Source of the DNA: Armatimonadota bacterium | Lineage (GTDB): Bacteria; Sysuimicrobiota; Sysuimicrobiia; Sysuimicrobiales; Kaftiobacteriaceae | Assembly (NCBI GenBank): GCA_037440005.1 | Contig: JBBIUY010000027.1 | Location: 1 to 42,785, forward strand | Length of the DNA stretch: 42,785 nt | Direction: 5' to 3' | Shown here: positions 9,063 to 18,892 of the stretch, piece after piece | How positions within the stretch are numbered: the first letter of the stretch is position 1 | Layout of the letters: every line of letters begins with the position of its first letter | Translations under genes and position numbers: made by a program | The notes under the pieces: model-generated | Databases searched by the model: none | Told to the model about the DNA's origin: nothing | Seen by the model: only the letters and a program-made list of their open reading frames with translations

Positions 9063-10184
9063 TCAGCGGACGTCGGCGGGGCCCGAGAGCCCGGGCGCCG
9101 GCCGCAGCCTCAGCAGCCGCCACCGCCACGCCAGCAAAGCCAGCACGGCCACGATGACCGCCAGCATCGCCAGCGACCGAGCGCGGCTGACACCGGCCAG
9201 GGCCAGCCCGCCCAGCCCGCACACCGCCGACAGCAGCCACAGCACCAGCACCACCTGGCGCTGGCTGAGGCCGCGGTCCAGCAGCCGGTGGTGGAGGTGC
9301 TCCCGGTCCGGCAGGAAGATGGAGACCCCGCGGCGGGCCCGCCGCAGGATGGCGTAGCCGGTGTCCAGGATGGGCAGGGCCAGGGCCAGCACCGGGACCA
9401 TCATGCTGAGCACCGTGGCGGTCTTCGCCAGCCCCAACACGGCGGAGACGCCCAGCAGGTAGCCCAGCAGCATGGACCCCGAGTCGCCCAGGAAGATCCG
9501 CGCCGGGTTGAAGTTGTGGCGCAAAAACCCGGCCGAGGCTCCCACCACGGCGGCGGCCAGGGTCATGGTCACGGCGTCGGACCGGTGGGCGGCGGCGCTG
9601 AGCAGCGTGGCGCCGGTGATGGCGGCCACCCCCGGCGCCAGGCCGTCCACCCCGTCGATGGAGTTCACGGCGATGGCCAGCGAGCCCAGCCAGAAGACGG
9701 TGAAGGCCGCCCCCATCCACCCCAGAGGGATGACGCCCCCGCCCAGGGGGTGGGTCAGAAACGGCGTCGTCACCCCGAACCACACCGGCACGCTGACGGC
9801 CAGGTAGATCAGGGGAAACTTCACCCGCCCGGGCAGGGCGCGCAGGTCGTCCACCGCGCCCAGCAGGGTGACCGCCAGCGCCCCCAGCAGGACTCCCACC
9901 AGGGGAGGCGGCACCGGCCGGTAGGGCACCGCCAGCACCAGGTAGCGGGGTTCCCGCACCAGCGCCACCGGCCGGTCCACCGGCAGGGTCAGCACCAGCG
10001 CCGCCAGGACTCCCCCGCAGACCGCCAGCCCGCCCAGGCGGGGCACGGGCCGGGTGTGGATGTGCCGCCCCCCGGGAGGCGTGACGGCGCCCAGGCGCTG
10101 GGCCAGCCACCGCATCTCGTAGGCGATGGCGTAGGTCACGACCAGGGCGACGACGCCGGCGATGAGGTAGGGAGGGATACTCAT
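9063..10184 (-). CDS. Undecaprenyl-phosphate GlcNAc-1-phosphate transferase (WecA/TagO, MraY/GT4 family)
   Basis: PVPRLGG, GAVDD, NSIDGVDGL, NFNPARIFLGDSGS and DREHLHHRL motifs; start at MSIPPY (10184). Confidence 0.93.
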   Translation of the reverse strand: MSIPPYLIAGVVALVVTYAIAYEMRWLAQRLGAVTPPGGRHIHTRPVPRLGGLAVCGGVLAALVLTLPVDRPVALVREPRYLVLAVPYRPVPPPLVGVLLGALAVTLLGAVDDLRALPGRVKFPLIYLAVSVPVWFGVTTPFLTHPLGGGVIPLGWMGAAFTVFWLGSLAIAVNSIDGVDGLAPGVAAITGATLLSAAAHRSDAVTMTLAAAVVGASAGFLRHNFNPARIFLGDSGSMLLGYLLGVSAVLGLAKTATVLSMMVPVLALALPILDTGYAILRRARRGVSIFLPDREHLHHRLLDRGLSQRQVVLVLWLLSAVCGLGGLALAGVSRARSLAMLAVIVAVLALLAWRWRLLRLRPAPGLSGPADVR

Positions 10185-10190
10185 AGCGCT

Positions 10191-10196
10191 ATTGTA
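10191..10196 (-). promoter_or_regulatory. -10 element TACAAT 6 nt upstream of the ATG (leaderless transcript candidate)
   Basis: Minus strand reads ggtcTACAATagcgctATG, with no SD sequence. Confidence 0.65.
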
Positions 10197-10300
10197 GACC
10201 ACCGGCCGGCGGCGCGGAAACGGGACAGCCGCAGACCCCCGACGCCTCGGCCGCGGTGGGGCCGGCGCCCCCACGTCCGCGCGTCCGCATTCCCGCGCCT

Positions 10301-11296
10301 TCAGTCGAACAACTGGCTCACCGACCGGTCTTCGTGGACGCGCCGGATAGCCTCGGCCAGCAGGGGGGCCACCGACAGCACCGTGAGGTTGGCGGGCCGC
10401 CTGTCGGGGGGCACGGGGATGGTGTTGGTCACCACCAGCTCCTGGATCGGGCTGCGGGCCAGCCGCTCGGCCGCCGGGCCGGACAGCAACGCGTGGGTGG
10501 CGCAGGCGTACACGGCGCTCACGCCGCGGCGCACCAGAGCCCGGGCGCCCACGGTCAGGGTGCCGGCCGTGTCCACGATGTCGTCCACCAGGATGGCGGT
10601 GCGCCGGTGGACCTTGCCGATCACGTGGACGACCTCCTTCACCTGGTTGGGGCGGTCCCGGCGCTTGTCGATGATGGCCAGGGGCGCTCCCAGCGCCCGG
10701 GCGAACTCCCGCGCCCGGGGGACGCCGCCCACGTCGGGGGAGACGATCACCGGGTTGGGCAGGCCCTTGCGGGCGATGTAGTCGGCGAGGATGGGGCGGG
10801 CGGGGAGGTGGTCCAGGGGGATGTCGAAAAAGCCCCAGATCTGGCCGGCGTGCAGGTCCACGGTCAGGATCCGGTGGCATCCCGCCGCCACCAGCAGGTT
10901 GGCCACCAGCTTGGCGGAGATCGGCTCCCGGGGCCGGGTCTTGCGGTCCTGCCGGGCGTACCCGAAGTAGGGGATGACGGCGGTGATGCGGTCCGCCGAC
11001 GCCCGCCGCAGGGCGTCCACGATCACCAGGAGCTCCATCAGGTTCTCGTTGACCGGCGGGCCGGTGGGCTGGATGACGAAGGCGTCCTCCCCCCGCACGC
11101 TCTCGTCCAGGCGCACCCCCACCTCGCCGTCGGCAAAGCGGAACAGGGTCATCTCCGCCAGGGGGAGGTCCAGCAGGGCCGCGATCTCCCGGGCCAGGGC
11201 CGGGTTGCCCCCGCCGCTGAACAGTTTCAGCGGCCGCCGGCCGCCCGGACGGGACGCCGCCGGAGCGGCCTCAGCGTTCAGGGTCCGCTGTGACAT
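10301..11296 (-). CDS. prs: Ribose-phosphate pyrophosphokinase
   Basis: FADGE, PYFGYARQDRK, DLHAGQI, SPDVGG and VDDIVDTAGT motifs. Confidence 0.97.
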   Translation of the reverse strand: MSQRTLNAEAAPAASRPGGRRPLKLFSGGGNPALAREIAALLDLPLAEMTLFRFADGEVGVRLDESVRGEDAFVIQPTGPPVNENLMELLVIVDALRRASADRITAVIPYFGYARQDRKTRPREPISAKLVANLLVAAGCHRILTVDLHAGQIWGFFDIPLDHLPARPILADYIARKGLPNPVIVSPDVGGVPRAREFARALGAPLAIIDKRRDRPNQVKEVVHVIGKVHRRTAILVDDIVDTAGTLTVGARALVRRGVSAVYACATHALLSGPAAERLARSPIQELVVTNTIPVPPDRRPANLTVLSVAPLLAEAIRRVHEDRSVSQLFD

Positions 11297-12632
11297 GGCG
11301 GATGACCCGGGCGGGGACTCCCACCGCCACCGCCCCCGGGGGGATGTCTTTGGTGACCACCGACCCGGCGCCGGTGACCGCTCCCCGGCCGACGCGCACG
11401 GGCGCCACCAGCATGGTGTCGCTGCCGATGAACGCCTCGTCCTCGATGACGGTGTGGTGCTTGCGGCGGCCGTCGTAGTTGCAGGTGACGGTGCCCGCGC
11501 CGATGTTCACCCGGGCGCCCACCGTGGCGTCCCCCAGGTAGCACATGTGGTGGACCTTGGTGCCGTCGCCCACGGTGGCGTTCTTCAGTTCGGCGAAGTT
11601 GCCGATCTCCACCCCGCGGCCCACCCGGGTCCCCGGCCGCAGCCGGCTGTACGGACCGATGGAGCTGCCCTCGCCCACCTCGCTCCCTTCCACGGTGGAC
11701 GCCACCACCCGCACCTCGTCGGCCAGGGTGGCGTCCACCAGGCGCGCCCCCGGCCCGATGACGCACCGGCGGCCCACCACGGTGGCTCCCTCCAGAAAGG
11801 AGTGGGGGTGGATCACCGTGTCCGGGCCCACCACCACGCCGGCGTGGACGTAGGTGGTGGCCGGGTCGACGACGGTGACCCCGGCGTCCATCAGGCGCTC
11901 CAGCAGCCGGCGGCGCATCAGGGTCTCCACCGCCGCCAGGTCCCAGCGGGAGTTGACCCCCATCACCTCCTCGGGAGACGTCTTCAGGGCGTCCACCCGG
12001 TGGCCACGGGACAGCAGCCAGCCGACGGTGTCGGTGAGGTAGTACTCCCCCTGGGCGTTGTCGGGCGACAGGTGGGCCAGGGCGTCGGCTAAAGGCTCCG
12101 GCTCAAAGACGTAGGTGCCGGCGTTGATCTCCCGGATCTGGCGCTCCTCGGGAGAGCAGTCCGCCTCCTCCACGATCCGTCGGACCCGGCCGGATGCGTC
12201 CCGCACCACCCGCCCGTAGCCGGTGGGGTCGGGCAGGTCGGCGCTCAGCAGCGTGACGGCCGCCCGGCTGCGGCGGTGCGCGTCCACCAGCGCCCGCAGG
12301 GTCTGAGCGGTCAGCAGGGGCGTGTCCCCGTACACGACCAGGACCGGCCGCCCGTCCCGGGGAAGGTGCGGCAGCGCCACCTGCAGGGCGTGGCCGGTGC
12401 CCCGGGGCTGGGGCTGGTCCACGTACCGCGCCCGGGTCCCCAGGGCGGCCCGCACCTGGTCGCCGCCGTGGCCCACCACGACCACGGGGTCCGGGATCCC
12501 GGCGTCCTGCAGGCTGTCGAGCACGTAGCGGATCAGAGGCCGGCCGCACACCGGGTGCAGGACCTTGGGGCGTTCGGAACGCATCCGCGTCCCCGCTCCC
12601 GCGGCCAGCACCACCGCGTGCACCGGTTCCAT
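11271..12632 (-). CDS. glmU: Bifunctional UDP-GlcNAc pyrophosphorylase / glucosamine-1-phosphate acetyltransferase
   Basis: LAAGAGTRMRS.RPKVLH, GYGR, EYYLTD, hexapeptide repeats, CNYDG; canonical glmU-prs order. Confidence 0.97.
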   Translation of the reverse strand: MEPVHAVVLAAGAGTRMRSERPKVLHPVCGRPLIRYVLDSLQDAGIPDPVVVVGHGGDQVRAALGTRARYVDQPQPRGTGHALQVALPHLPRDGRPVLVVYGDTPLLTAQTLRALVDAHRRSRAAVTLLSADLPDPTGYGRVVRDASGRVRRIVEEADCSPEERQIREINAGTYVFEPEPLADALAHLSPDNAQGEYYLTDTVGWLLSRGHRVDALKTSPEEVMGVNSRWDLAAVETLMRRRLLERLMDAGVTVVDPATTYVHAGVVVGPDTVIHPHSFLEGATVVGRRCVIGPGARLVDATLADEVRVVASTVEGSEVGEGSSIGPYSRLRPGTRVGRGVEIGNFAELKNATVGDGTKVHHMCYLGDATVGARVNIGAGTVTCNYDGRRKHHTVIEDEAFIGSDTMLVAPVRVGRGAVTGAGSVVTKDIPPGAVAVGVPARVIRHVTADPER

Positions 12633-12686
12633 CGGGCCCCTCCCAGGCTCTGGGGGTATTCCGTGGAATGCGGACCGACTCCTGCC

Positions 12687-14162
12687 CTACGGCGCCGGCG
12701 CGTCGGCGCCCGCCGCCGCAGGCTGGAGGTCTGGCGCCGGCGCCTGGGGGGAGACCAGGCGCACCCACGCCCGCACGATGCGGGGGTCGAACTGCCGGCC
12801 GGCCTGTTCGACGATGTACGCCTGGGCCTGCGCCGCAGACCACGCCGCCCGGTAGGACCGCGCCGAGGTGAGGGCGTCGTAGACGTCGGCCACCGCCAGA
12901 ATGCGCGCCAGCAGCGGGATGCGCTCTCCCGCCAGGCCGTCGGGATAGCCGGTGCCGTCCCACCGCTCGTGATGGGACCGGATCACCTGCAGTTCCTCGT
13001 CCATGAACCCCAGCCGGCGGCACATCTCGTAGCCGATCAACGGGTGCTGCTCGACCGCCCGCCGCTCCTCGGGCGTTAGAGGCCCCGGTTTGTTGAGAAT
13101 GCTCTCGGGAATCCCGAGCTTCCCCACGTCGTGCACCATCCCCCCCTGGGCCAGGGCCCGCAGGCGGTCGGGGCCCACGCCCAGGGACTCGGCCAGGCGG
13201 ACCGCGGCCAGGGTGACCCGGTGGCTGTGGCCCGCCGTGTAGGGGTCCCGGGCCTCGGTGGCGGCCACCAGGGCGCGGATGCTGCCGCTGAGGCCGGCCT
13301 CCAGCCGCTGCACGGGATCGTCCACGAACAGGCCCCGCACCGCCGCCGGCAGCGGCGTGCCCAGGGCGTACTGACGCCACAGGCCGGCCGCCAGGACCAG
13401 GGTCGCCGCCAGGAGCAGCAGGTGGTAGATCCACCAGCTCAGCCGCCAGACGGTCCCGTAGGTGATGATCCACTGGGAGACGGCCAGCCAGCCGCTGGCG
13501 TAGACGATGGCCAGCTGGAGGGGGAACCGCGAGTACACGTAGGACGCCCAGTACCGGGCCCAGGCGTACCCGCAGCAGGCGATGGCCGTCGCCGCCGCCG
13601 CCGCGTTGAGGGGAGGCGATGCCAGCGGGAGCCACGCCCACAGGTCCGGCCGCCGCAGGCTCACCAGGTCCAGGACCACCAGCGCGGCCACCCAGATCCC
13701 CGGCAGGACCCCGCCCCCGCGGCCGAGCAGGCGCATCAGGAGGGTGTCGGACGGCGTGGCCGACAGCGCCAGCCACACCGCCGCCATCAGGACGCTCGTC
13801 TGGGCAGCCACCGCCGGCACCGGGGTGGGCGGCAGGAGAAATCCCGGCGTGGACAGCCCGTGGAGGGCGAACAGCACCGCCAGCGACGCGAAGGCGGTGG
13901 CCAGGACCGTGACCACCACGTTGCGCTGGCGCGCGCCGGCCAGCCCCACCGCCACGGCCAGGACCGCCGCGGCCACGGACGCGGCCGAGACGACGACGAA
14001 GTGGTGGTGGGGGACCCGGATGAGGGGGTCGGCGGGCGCCAGGCGGGTCAGGTACTCGAACAGCCCCAGCGGCAGGAGCGCTGCCACCAGCGGGCCGGCG
14101 GGAGAGGGCCGCCGGAGGCGGGGGAGCGGACCGGACAGCACCACCCGCACCGTGCCCCCCAC
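12687..14162 (-). CDS. Membrane-bound HD-GYP domain protein (probable cyclic dinucleotide phosphodiesterase)
   Basis: Multi-TM N-terminus; C-terminal RDPYTAGHS, HDVGK, HHERWDGTGYP and ADVYDALTS; start uncertain. Confidence 0.9.
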   Translation of the reverse strand: MGGTVRVVLSGPLPRLRRPSPAGPLVAALLPLGLFEYLTRLAPADPLIRVPHHHFVVVSAASVAAAVLAVAVGLAGARQRNVVVTVLATAFASLAVLFALHGLSTPGFLLPPTPVPAVAAQTSVLMAAVWLALSATPSDTLLMRLLGRGGGVLPGIWVAALVVLDLVSLRRPDLWAWLPLASPPLNAAAAATAIACCGYAWARYWASYVYSRFPLQLAIVYASGWLAVSQWIITYGTVWRLSWWIYHLLLLAATLVLAAGLWRQYALGTPLPAAVRGLFVDDPVQRLEAGLSGSIRALVAATEARDPYTAGHSHRVTLAAVRLAESLGVGPDRLRALAQGGMVHDVGKLGIPESILNKPGPLTPEERRAVEQHPLIGYEMCRRLGFMDEELQVIRSHHERWDGTGYPDGLAGERIPLLARILAVADVYDALTSARSYRAAWSAAQAQAYIVEQAGRQFDPRIVRAWVRLVSPQAPAPDLQPAAAGADAPAP

Positions 14163-14181
14163 CCCGGAGGGCTAGACGTGG

Positions 14182-14589
14182 TCAGTCCAGGCCCCAGGTG
14201 AGCACCCGCTCGGGCGCCAGTTCCGCGATCACCGCCTCCCCTTCTTCCAGGGCGGCGTCGGCGGGGTACTGGGGGTACTTCTGGTAGAGGAGCCGGCGGA
14301 TCCGGCGGAAGCGCGGCCCGCGGTCGATCAAGGAGACCCGGCCGACCACCATCACCCCCGCCAGGCGGGACCAGTCCTCGGCGTACAGGTCCACCACCGC
14401 CGCCGCCCGGGGGCGGGCCCGCAGGTTGCGCACCTTGCGGGCCGTCCTGTCGGAGGCGAAGTACATCCGCCCCTGGTGGAGCACGTGGCAGACGGGGACC
14501 ACGTGGGGGGTCCCGTCGGGCCCGACCGTCGCCAGGCGGCAGACCCGCTCTCGCTCCAGGATCTTGCGCACCGCAGCCCGCAGACGCAT
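14182..14589 (-). CDS. Pyridoxamine 5'-phosphate oxidase-like (split-barrel flavin/F420-binding) protein
   Basis: RLATVGPDGTPHVVPV, KVRNLRARP, VDLYAEDWSRL; GGAGG RBS 7 nt before ATG 14589. Confidence 0.85.
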   Translation of the reverse strand: MRLRAAVRKILERERVCRLATVGPDGTPHVVPVCHVLHQGRMYFASDRTARKVRNLRARPRAAAVVDLYAEDWSRLAGVMVVGRVSLIDRGPRFRRIRRLLYQKYPQYPADAALEEGEAVIAELAPERVLTWGLD

Positions 14590-14629
14590 CGCCATCCCTC
14601 CCGCCGGTCCGTGAGGGTCGCCGGACGGC

Positions 14630-15055
14630 TCACACCGTGGGCGGGCCCAGGCCGCCCGCGTCCACCGCCACCGCCTCCTGCGGGCCGGGCCACGGAGGCA
14701 CGGTGACGCACAAAAACCGCAGCGGCCCGGGTCCCTCCGCACGGAACTGGAACCGCCACCCGCACGGGATGACCAGCGCGTCTGCGGGGCCCACCGACAC
14801 CGGCGGCAGGTCGACGCCGGGAGGCGCGCGCCAGACGGTCCCGCGGCCGGAGAGGACGTACCAGATCTCCTCCACGGTCCGGTGGGCCACCGGCCGCGAG
14901 ACCGCCCCGGCCGGCAGGACCACCTCCACCACGCTGGCGCGGGTGGCCCCGTGGGCACCGGTCACGACCACGAAGATCAGACTGCCGTCGGGGGCGGTGG
15001 TGTCCGGGCGGTCCGCCGCGCGTCCGACCGGCGGCACCGACGGGCGGCTGCTCAC
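14630..15055 (-). CDS. Cupin domain protein
   Basis: APDGS, HRTVEEIWYVLSGRG, IPCGWRFQFR, PPWPG; GGAGG RBS before GTG 15055. Confidence 0.85.
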   Translation of the reverse strand: MSSRPSVPPVGRAADRPDTTAPDGSLIFVVVTGAHGATRASVVEVVLPAGAVSRPVAHRTVEEIWYVLSGRGTVWRAPPGVDLPPVSVGPADALVIPCGWRFQFRAEGPGPLRFLCVTVPPWPGPQEAVAVDAGGLGPPTV

Positions 15056-15124
15056 CGACGGTCCTCCCCGCCGGGGGCGACGTCCGGGGCGGCGGACGGG
15101 GGGTACGCGGGCACGGACGGACGC

Positions 15125-15199
15125 TGGCTGCGGGGCCAGGGCTCGAACCTGGATTCCCAGCTCCAAAGGCTGGTGGCTTTCCCGTTAGCCGACCCCGCA
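15125..15199 (-). tRNA. tRNA-Gln (anticodon UUG), CCA encoded
   Basis: Acceptor TGCGGGG/CCCCGCA, D stem GGCT/AGCC, anticodon arm CCAGC-CTTTGGA-GCTGG, T arm CCAGG-TTCGAGC-CCTGG, 3' GCCA. Confidence 0.97.
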
Positions 15200-15243
15200 G
15201 AGCGGAGGCTGTGGACGCGGTCCCGGGCCGCCCGCACAGGGCC

Positions 15244-15252
15244 ATTCTAGCA
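15244..15252 (-). promoter_or_regulatory. Extended -10 promoter (TGcTAGAAT) for tRNA-Gln
   Basis: TGn-TAGAAT 44 nt upstream of the tRNA 5' end. Confidence 0.6.
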
Positions 15253-15370
15253 CAGCGGCAATAAGGCGCCCGCCGCTTCCAGGACGCGGGGATGCGTCCC
15301 CGCTCCCGCACCGGCTGACGGGATCACCCCGCAGGTGTGGGGGGCGGCCCGGGAGTTGACGTCCAGGGGT

Positions 15371-15751
15371 CTACGCCAGGGCGATCACGTCGATCTCCAC
15401 CAGGACGTCGCGGGGCAGCCGACCCACCTGGACGGTGGTGCGGGCGGGCGGCAGCTCCTTGAAGTACCGCCCGTATTCCTCGTTCATGGGGCCGAAGTCG
15501 TTCATGTCCTTGAGGAAGACGGTGCACTTGACCACCCGGTCCAGCGACGAGCCGGCCGCCGCCAGGACCGCCGCGATGTTGTCCAGGACCCGGCGGGTCT
15601 GGGTCTTGATGTCCTGTCCCACCACCTGGCCGGTCTGGGGGTCCAGGGCGATCTGCCCGGACAGGAATACGAACCCGTTGGCGCGGATGGCCTGGGAGTA
15701 GGGCCCGATGGCCCGCGGCGCCGACTCGGTGGAGACCACGTCCCTCTGCAC
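15371..15751 (-). CDS. ridA: RidA family reactive enamine/imine deaminase
   Basis: [48 protein letters not shown] before GTG 15751. Confidence 0.95.
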   Translation of the reverse strand: MQRDVVSTESAPRAIGPYSQAIRANGFVFLSGQIALDPQTGQVVGQDIKTQTRRVLDNIAAVLAAAGSSLDRVVKCTVFLKDMNDFGPMNEEYGRYFKELPPARTTVQVGRLPRDVLVEIDVIALA

Positions 15752-15776
15752 GCGCGATCCCTCCTCGACGAGCAGG

Positions 15777-16103
15777 TTACGACCCCCTCGGTGTTCGCCG
15801 CGGCGCACGCCGCGATCCTGCGGCAGGGGGTGCCGGCCGCGCACCGCCGCCTCGCTCGCGGCGGCGCACGGGGAGGAAGTCGATCAGGGTCCCGTCGCAG
15901 GCCGGAAAGTGGGCGCACCTCCACAGCCCCGCCACCACGGGGTCCTGAGGCAGCGGCACCCAGACCGCGTCGCCCAGGGGAAAACGGCGGCCGCAGTGGA
16001 TGCACTCCACCACCGTCTGGGGGTCGGAGAACCAGGCGTCCGCGAAGAGGTCGCCGGGAAGGTGATCGCACCCGGGCGGGCGGCCCTGCCGCAGGCGATG
16101 CAT
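15777..16103 (-). CDS. Small hypothetical Cys-rich (probable metal-binding) protein, 108 aa
   Basis: ATG overlaps the upstream stop (TGATG); CIHC...CAHFPAC motif followed by DGTLIDF. Confidence 0.65.
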   Translation of the reverse strand: MHRLRQGRPPGCDHLPGDLFADAWFSDPQTVVECIHCGRRFPLGDAVWVPLPQDPVVAGLWRCAHFPACDGTLIDFLPVRRRERGGGARPAPPAAGSRRAPRRTPRGS

Positions 16104-16492
16104 CACGGGCTCTCCCCGCCCCCCGGCCGCGCCAAGGCGGCCAGGACCGGCGCCGCCCCGGAGGCCAGGGCCCGTCCGACCTCTTCCTGCAGGGGTCGCA
16201 TCCGCCGCAGGTCGGCCTCCCCCAGCAGTCCCACCCGCCGCGCCAGCCGGGCGCAGCACTCCAGTTCGCCCAGGGCCACGGCCGCCTGATCCGCCAGCGG
16301 CCCGGATGTCCCCACCCGGTCCCGGGCCCGCAGGCAGGCAGCGACGGTGACCGCCGCTGTCCGCATCCGCTGGGCCAGGACAGGGTCGCTGTGCATGAAC
16401 TTCCAGGTGACCCGGTAGACCAGATGAGCCAGGTCGTCGGCCTGCTCCCCGCAGGCCGGAGTCGCCGCCCGGACCGCCGCCTCGCCGCCCAT
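16103..16492 (-). CDS. Divergent four-helix-bundle protein (TIGR02436 / 23S rRNA IVS protein-like)
   Basis: ADDLAHLVYRVTWKF...LAQRMRTAAVTVAA...ALGELECCARLARRVGLL matches the family pattern LA..VY..T..F...QMRRAAVSV...L.EL...LA..LG. Confidence 0.7.
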   Translation of the reverse strand: MGGEAAVRAATPACGEQADDLAHLVYRVTWKFMHSDPVLAQRMRTAAVTVAACLRARDRVGTSGPLADQAAVALGELECCARLARRVGLLGEADLRRMRPLQEEVGRALASGAAPVLAALARPGGGESP

Positions 16493-16634
16493 CGCTCACT
16501 CTCCCCGCCTCCTTCGCCGGGGTGTCCCGCCCGGCCGCACCCAGTGTGGCAGCCGGAAGCTTTTCTGTCCGCAGACGGGCGCCCACTGGAGCGTCCGGGC
16601 CCGCGGCCGGCGTCCGGCGGGGGGCGGGCGGAGG

Positions 16635-17543
16635 TCAGGCCAGGGAGGCGGAGCCGACGCGGGCCCGCAGGGCGCGCACGGCGCGGGCCTGCTCGTCGGC
16701 GTGGTAGGAGGAGCGCACCAGGGGGCCCGACTCCACGTACCGGAAGCCCATGGCCAGCCCGATGCGCTTGAGCTCGGCGAACTCCTGGGGGGTGTAGTAG
16801 CGGTGGATGGGGTGGTAGTCCGGCCCCGGGCGCAGGTACTGGCCCAGGGTCAAAATGTCGCAGTCCACCGCCCGCAGGTCGTCCATGGTCTGGAGCAGCT
16901 CGTCCCAGGTCTCCCCCATGCCCAGGATGATGCCGCTCTTGGTGAAGGCGGTGTAGCCCCACTCCTTCACCCGCCGCAGCAGCTCCAGGGAGCGGGCGTA
17001 GCTGCCGCCGTGGCGCACGATCCGGAAGACCCGGGGGACGGTCTCGATGTTGTGCCCCAGGATCTCCGGGCCGGCCTCCAGGACCGTCTGCAGCGCCCGG
17101 GGGTCGCCCTTGAAGTCGGGGATGAGCACCTCCACGGTGCACGCGGGCAGGTACTGGTGGATGCGGCGGATGGTGGCGGCGAAGATGGCGGCGCCGCCGT
17201 CGGCCAGGTCGTCGCGGTTCACCGAGGTGATCACCGCGTGGCGCAGCCCCATCGCCGCCACCGCCCGCGCCACCCGCTCGGGCTCCTGCCAGTCCAGTTC
17301 GGTGGGCAGGCCGTGGGCGATGGCGCAATAGGCGCAGTTGCGGGTGCACAGATTGCCCAGGACCAAAAACGTGGCGGTGCGCCGCTCCCAGCAGTCGCCG
17401 ATGTTGGGGCAGCGGGCCTCCTCGCAGACCGTGTGCAGCGCCTGGGTGCGCATGATCTGCACCAGGTCGCGGTAGTTGGGCCCGCCCGGCAGCCGGGCCT
17501 TCAGCCACTCGGGCCGCTGGGATGTCTGACCGGTGACCGCCAT
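16635..17543 (-). CDS. lipA: Lipoyl synthase
   Basis: [20 protein letters not shown] and RSSYHA motifs; start MAVTGQ at 17543. Confidence 0.97.
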   Translation of the reverse strand: MAVTGQTSQRPEWLKARLPGGPNYRDLVQIMRTQALHTVCEEARCPNIGDCWERRTATFLVLGNLCTRNCAYCAIAHGLPTELDWQEPERVARAVAAMGLRHAVITSVNRDDLADGGAAIFAATIRRIHQYLPACTVEVLIPDFKGDPRALQTVLEAGPEILGHNIETVPRVFRIVRHGGSYARSLELLRRVKEWGYTAFTKSGIILGMGETWDELLQTMDDLRAVDCDILTLGQYLRPGPDYHPIHRYYTPQEFAELKRIGLAMGFRYVESGPLVRSSYHADEQARAVRALRARVGSASLA

Positions 17544-17599
17544 GCCTGTCCTTCTCTCCTCCCGCGGGAGAGGTCGTCGCACCTGCCTGCGCTGTGGGG

Positions 17600-18853
17600 T
17601 CAGAAGTCCGTCAGCGTCGCGTCGCCGCCGGCGAACCCTTCCAGCTTCTCCCGGATCCGGTGCAGGAACCGGTCGGCCACGGCGCCGTCGAAGATCCGGT
17701 GGTCGAACGCCAGCCCCAGGTGCATGATGTCCCGGATGGCGATGGCGTCGTTCCGCACCACGGGCCGCTTGACGATGGCGTCGGTGGCCAGAATGGCCGC
17801 CTGGCCCGGCACGATGATCGGCATGGACCAGATCGACCCGAACACCCCTGGATTCGTGATGGTGAAGGTCCCCCCCTGCACGTCGTCCAGGGTGAGCTTG
17901 CCCTCCCGGGCCCGCCGCCCCAGGTCCTCCAGCTCCCGGGCGATCCCCACCAGGTTCTTCTGGTCCGCCTGCTTGATCACGGCGACCACGAGCCCCTCGT
18001 CCAGGGCGATGCCGATCCCGATGTTGATGTCCCGGCGCAGGATGATCCCCTCGTCGCTCCAGGTGGAGTTGATGATGGGAAACGCCTTCAGGGCCTCCAC
18101 GGCGGCCCGCACGAAGAAGGCCGTGTAGGTGATGTTCACGCCCTCCCGGGCCCGCCACTGGTCTTTGTAGGCCTCCCGCCAGCGGACCAGGGAGGTCACG
18201 TCCACCTCGATGACGCCGTAGGCGTGGGGGATCTCCCGCTTGGACTGGGCCATGCGCTGGGCCACCGAGCGCCGCAGCGGGCTGAGCCGGAGCAGCTGGT
18301 CTCCCGGGCGCAGGACCACCGCAGGGGACGGGGGGACGGGCGCGACCGCCGGAGCGGGAGCCGGTGCGGCAGCCGGCGGGGCCGCGGCGGACGGAGCGGC
18401 CTGGCGGGCCTGCAGGTAGCGCAGCAGGTCGTCTTTGGTCACCCGGCCGCCGGCGCCGCTGCCCCGCAGGCGCGCGACCTCCTCCAGAGGGATCCCGTGC
18501 TCTTCGGCCAGACGCCGCACCACCGGCGACAGCCGCGGCCCCTCCTGGGAGACGGGCGGGGCGGCCGGCGCGGCCGCCGCGGCCGGCGCCCCGGCGGCAA
18601 CAGCCTCCGCTGGGGCGGCGGTCTCCACCAGGGCAATGGGCGTGCCCACGGGAACGGTCTGCCCCTCGGGGACCAGGATCTGGGTCAGGACCCCGCCCAC
18701 CGGGGCCGGCATCTCCACGTTGACCTTGTCGGTGATGATCTCCACCAGCGGCTCAAAGCGCTCCACCCGGTCGCCGGGCTTTTTCAGCCAGCGGCCGATG
18801 GTGCCCTCAAAGGTGCTCTCCCCCAGCTGGGGGAGCGTCACTTCCACAGGCAT
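17600..18853 (-). CDS. 2-oxoacid dehydrogenase E2 dihydrolipoamide acyltransferase (branched-chain type)
   Basis: Lipoyl domain TDKV, E3-binding SPVVRRLA...[12 protein letters not shown], catalytic FDHRIFDG. Confidence 0.95.
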   Translation of the reverse strand: MPVEVTLPQLGESTFEGTIGRWLKKPGDRVERFEPLVEIITDKVNVEMPAPVGGVLTQILVPEGQTVPVGTPIALVETAAPAEAVAAGAPAAAAAPAAPPVSQEGPRLSPVVRRLAEEHGIPLEEVARLRGSGAGGRVTKDDLLRYLQARQAAPSAAAPPAAAPAPAPAVAPVPPSPAVVLRPGDQLLRLSPLRRSVAQRMAQSKREIPHAYGVIEVDVTSLVRWREAYKDQWRAREGVNITYTAFFVRAAVEALKAFPIINSTWSDEGIILRRDINIGIGIALDEGLVVAVIKQADQKNLVGIARELEDLGRRAREGKLTLDDVQGGTFTITNPGVFGSIWSMPIIVPGQAAILATDAIVKRPVVRNDAIAIRDIMHLGLAFDHRIFDGAVADRFLHRIREKLEGFAGGDATLTDF

Positions 18854-18892
18854 GGCACCGGGTACTCCTCCCGGAACGGCATGGGGGCGGTC

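Noticed and set aside
2369..9157. 2262-aa plus-strand ORF and other long ORFs (e.g. 28676-31720, 33918-36737, 17594-20104)
   Set aside because: Antisense shadows of real minus-strand genes in very GC-rich DNA; His/Gln/Arg/Gly-rich with no motifs
11271..11296. 26-nt glmU/prs overlap as a frameshift or fusion
   Set aside because: Both proteins are complete; short overlaps or a slightly later prs start are ordinary
15056..15199. tRNA-Gln as an integration site for an island
   Set aside because: No integrase and no duplicated tRNA 3' end seen in the window
16103..16492. Diversity-generating retroelement (Avd-like protein)
   Set aside because: No reverse transcriptase or TR/VR repeat pair seen in the window
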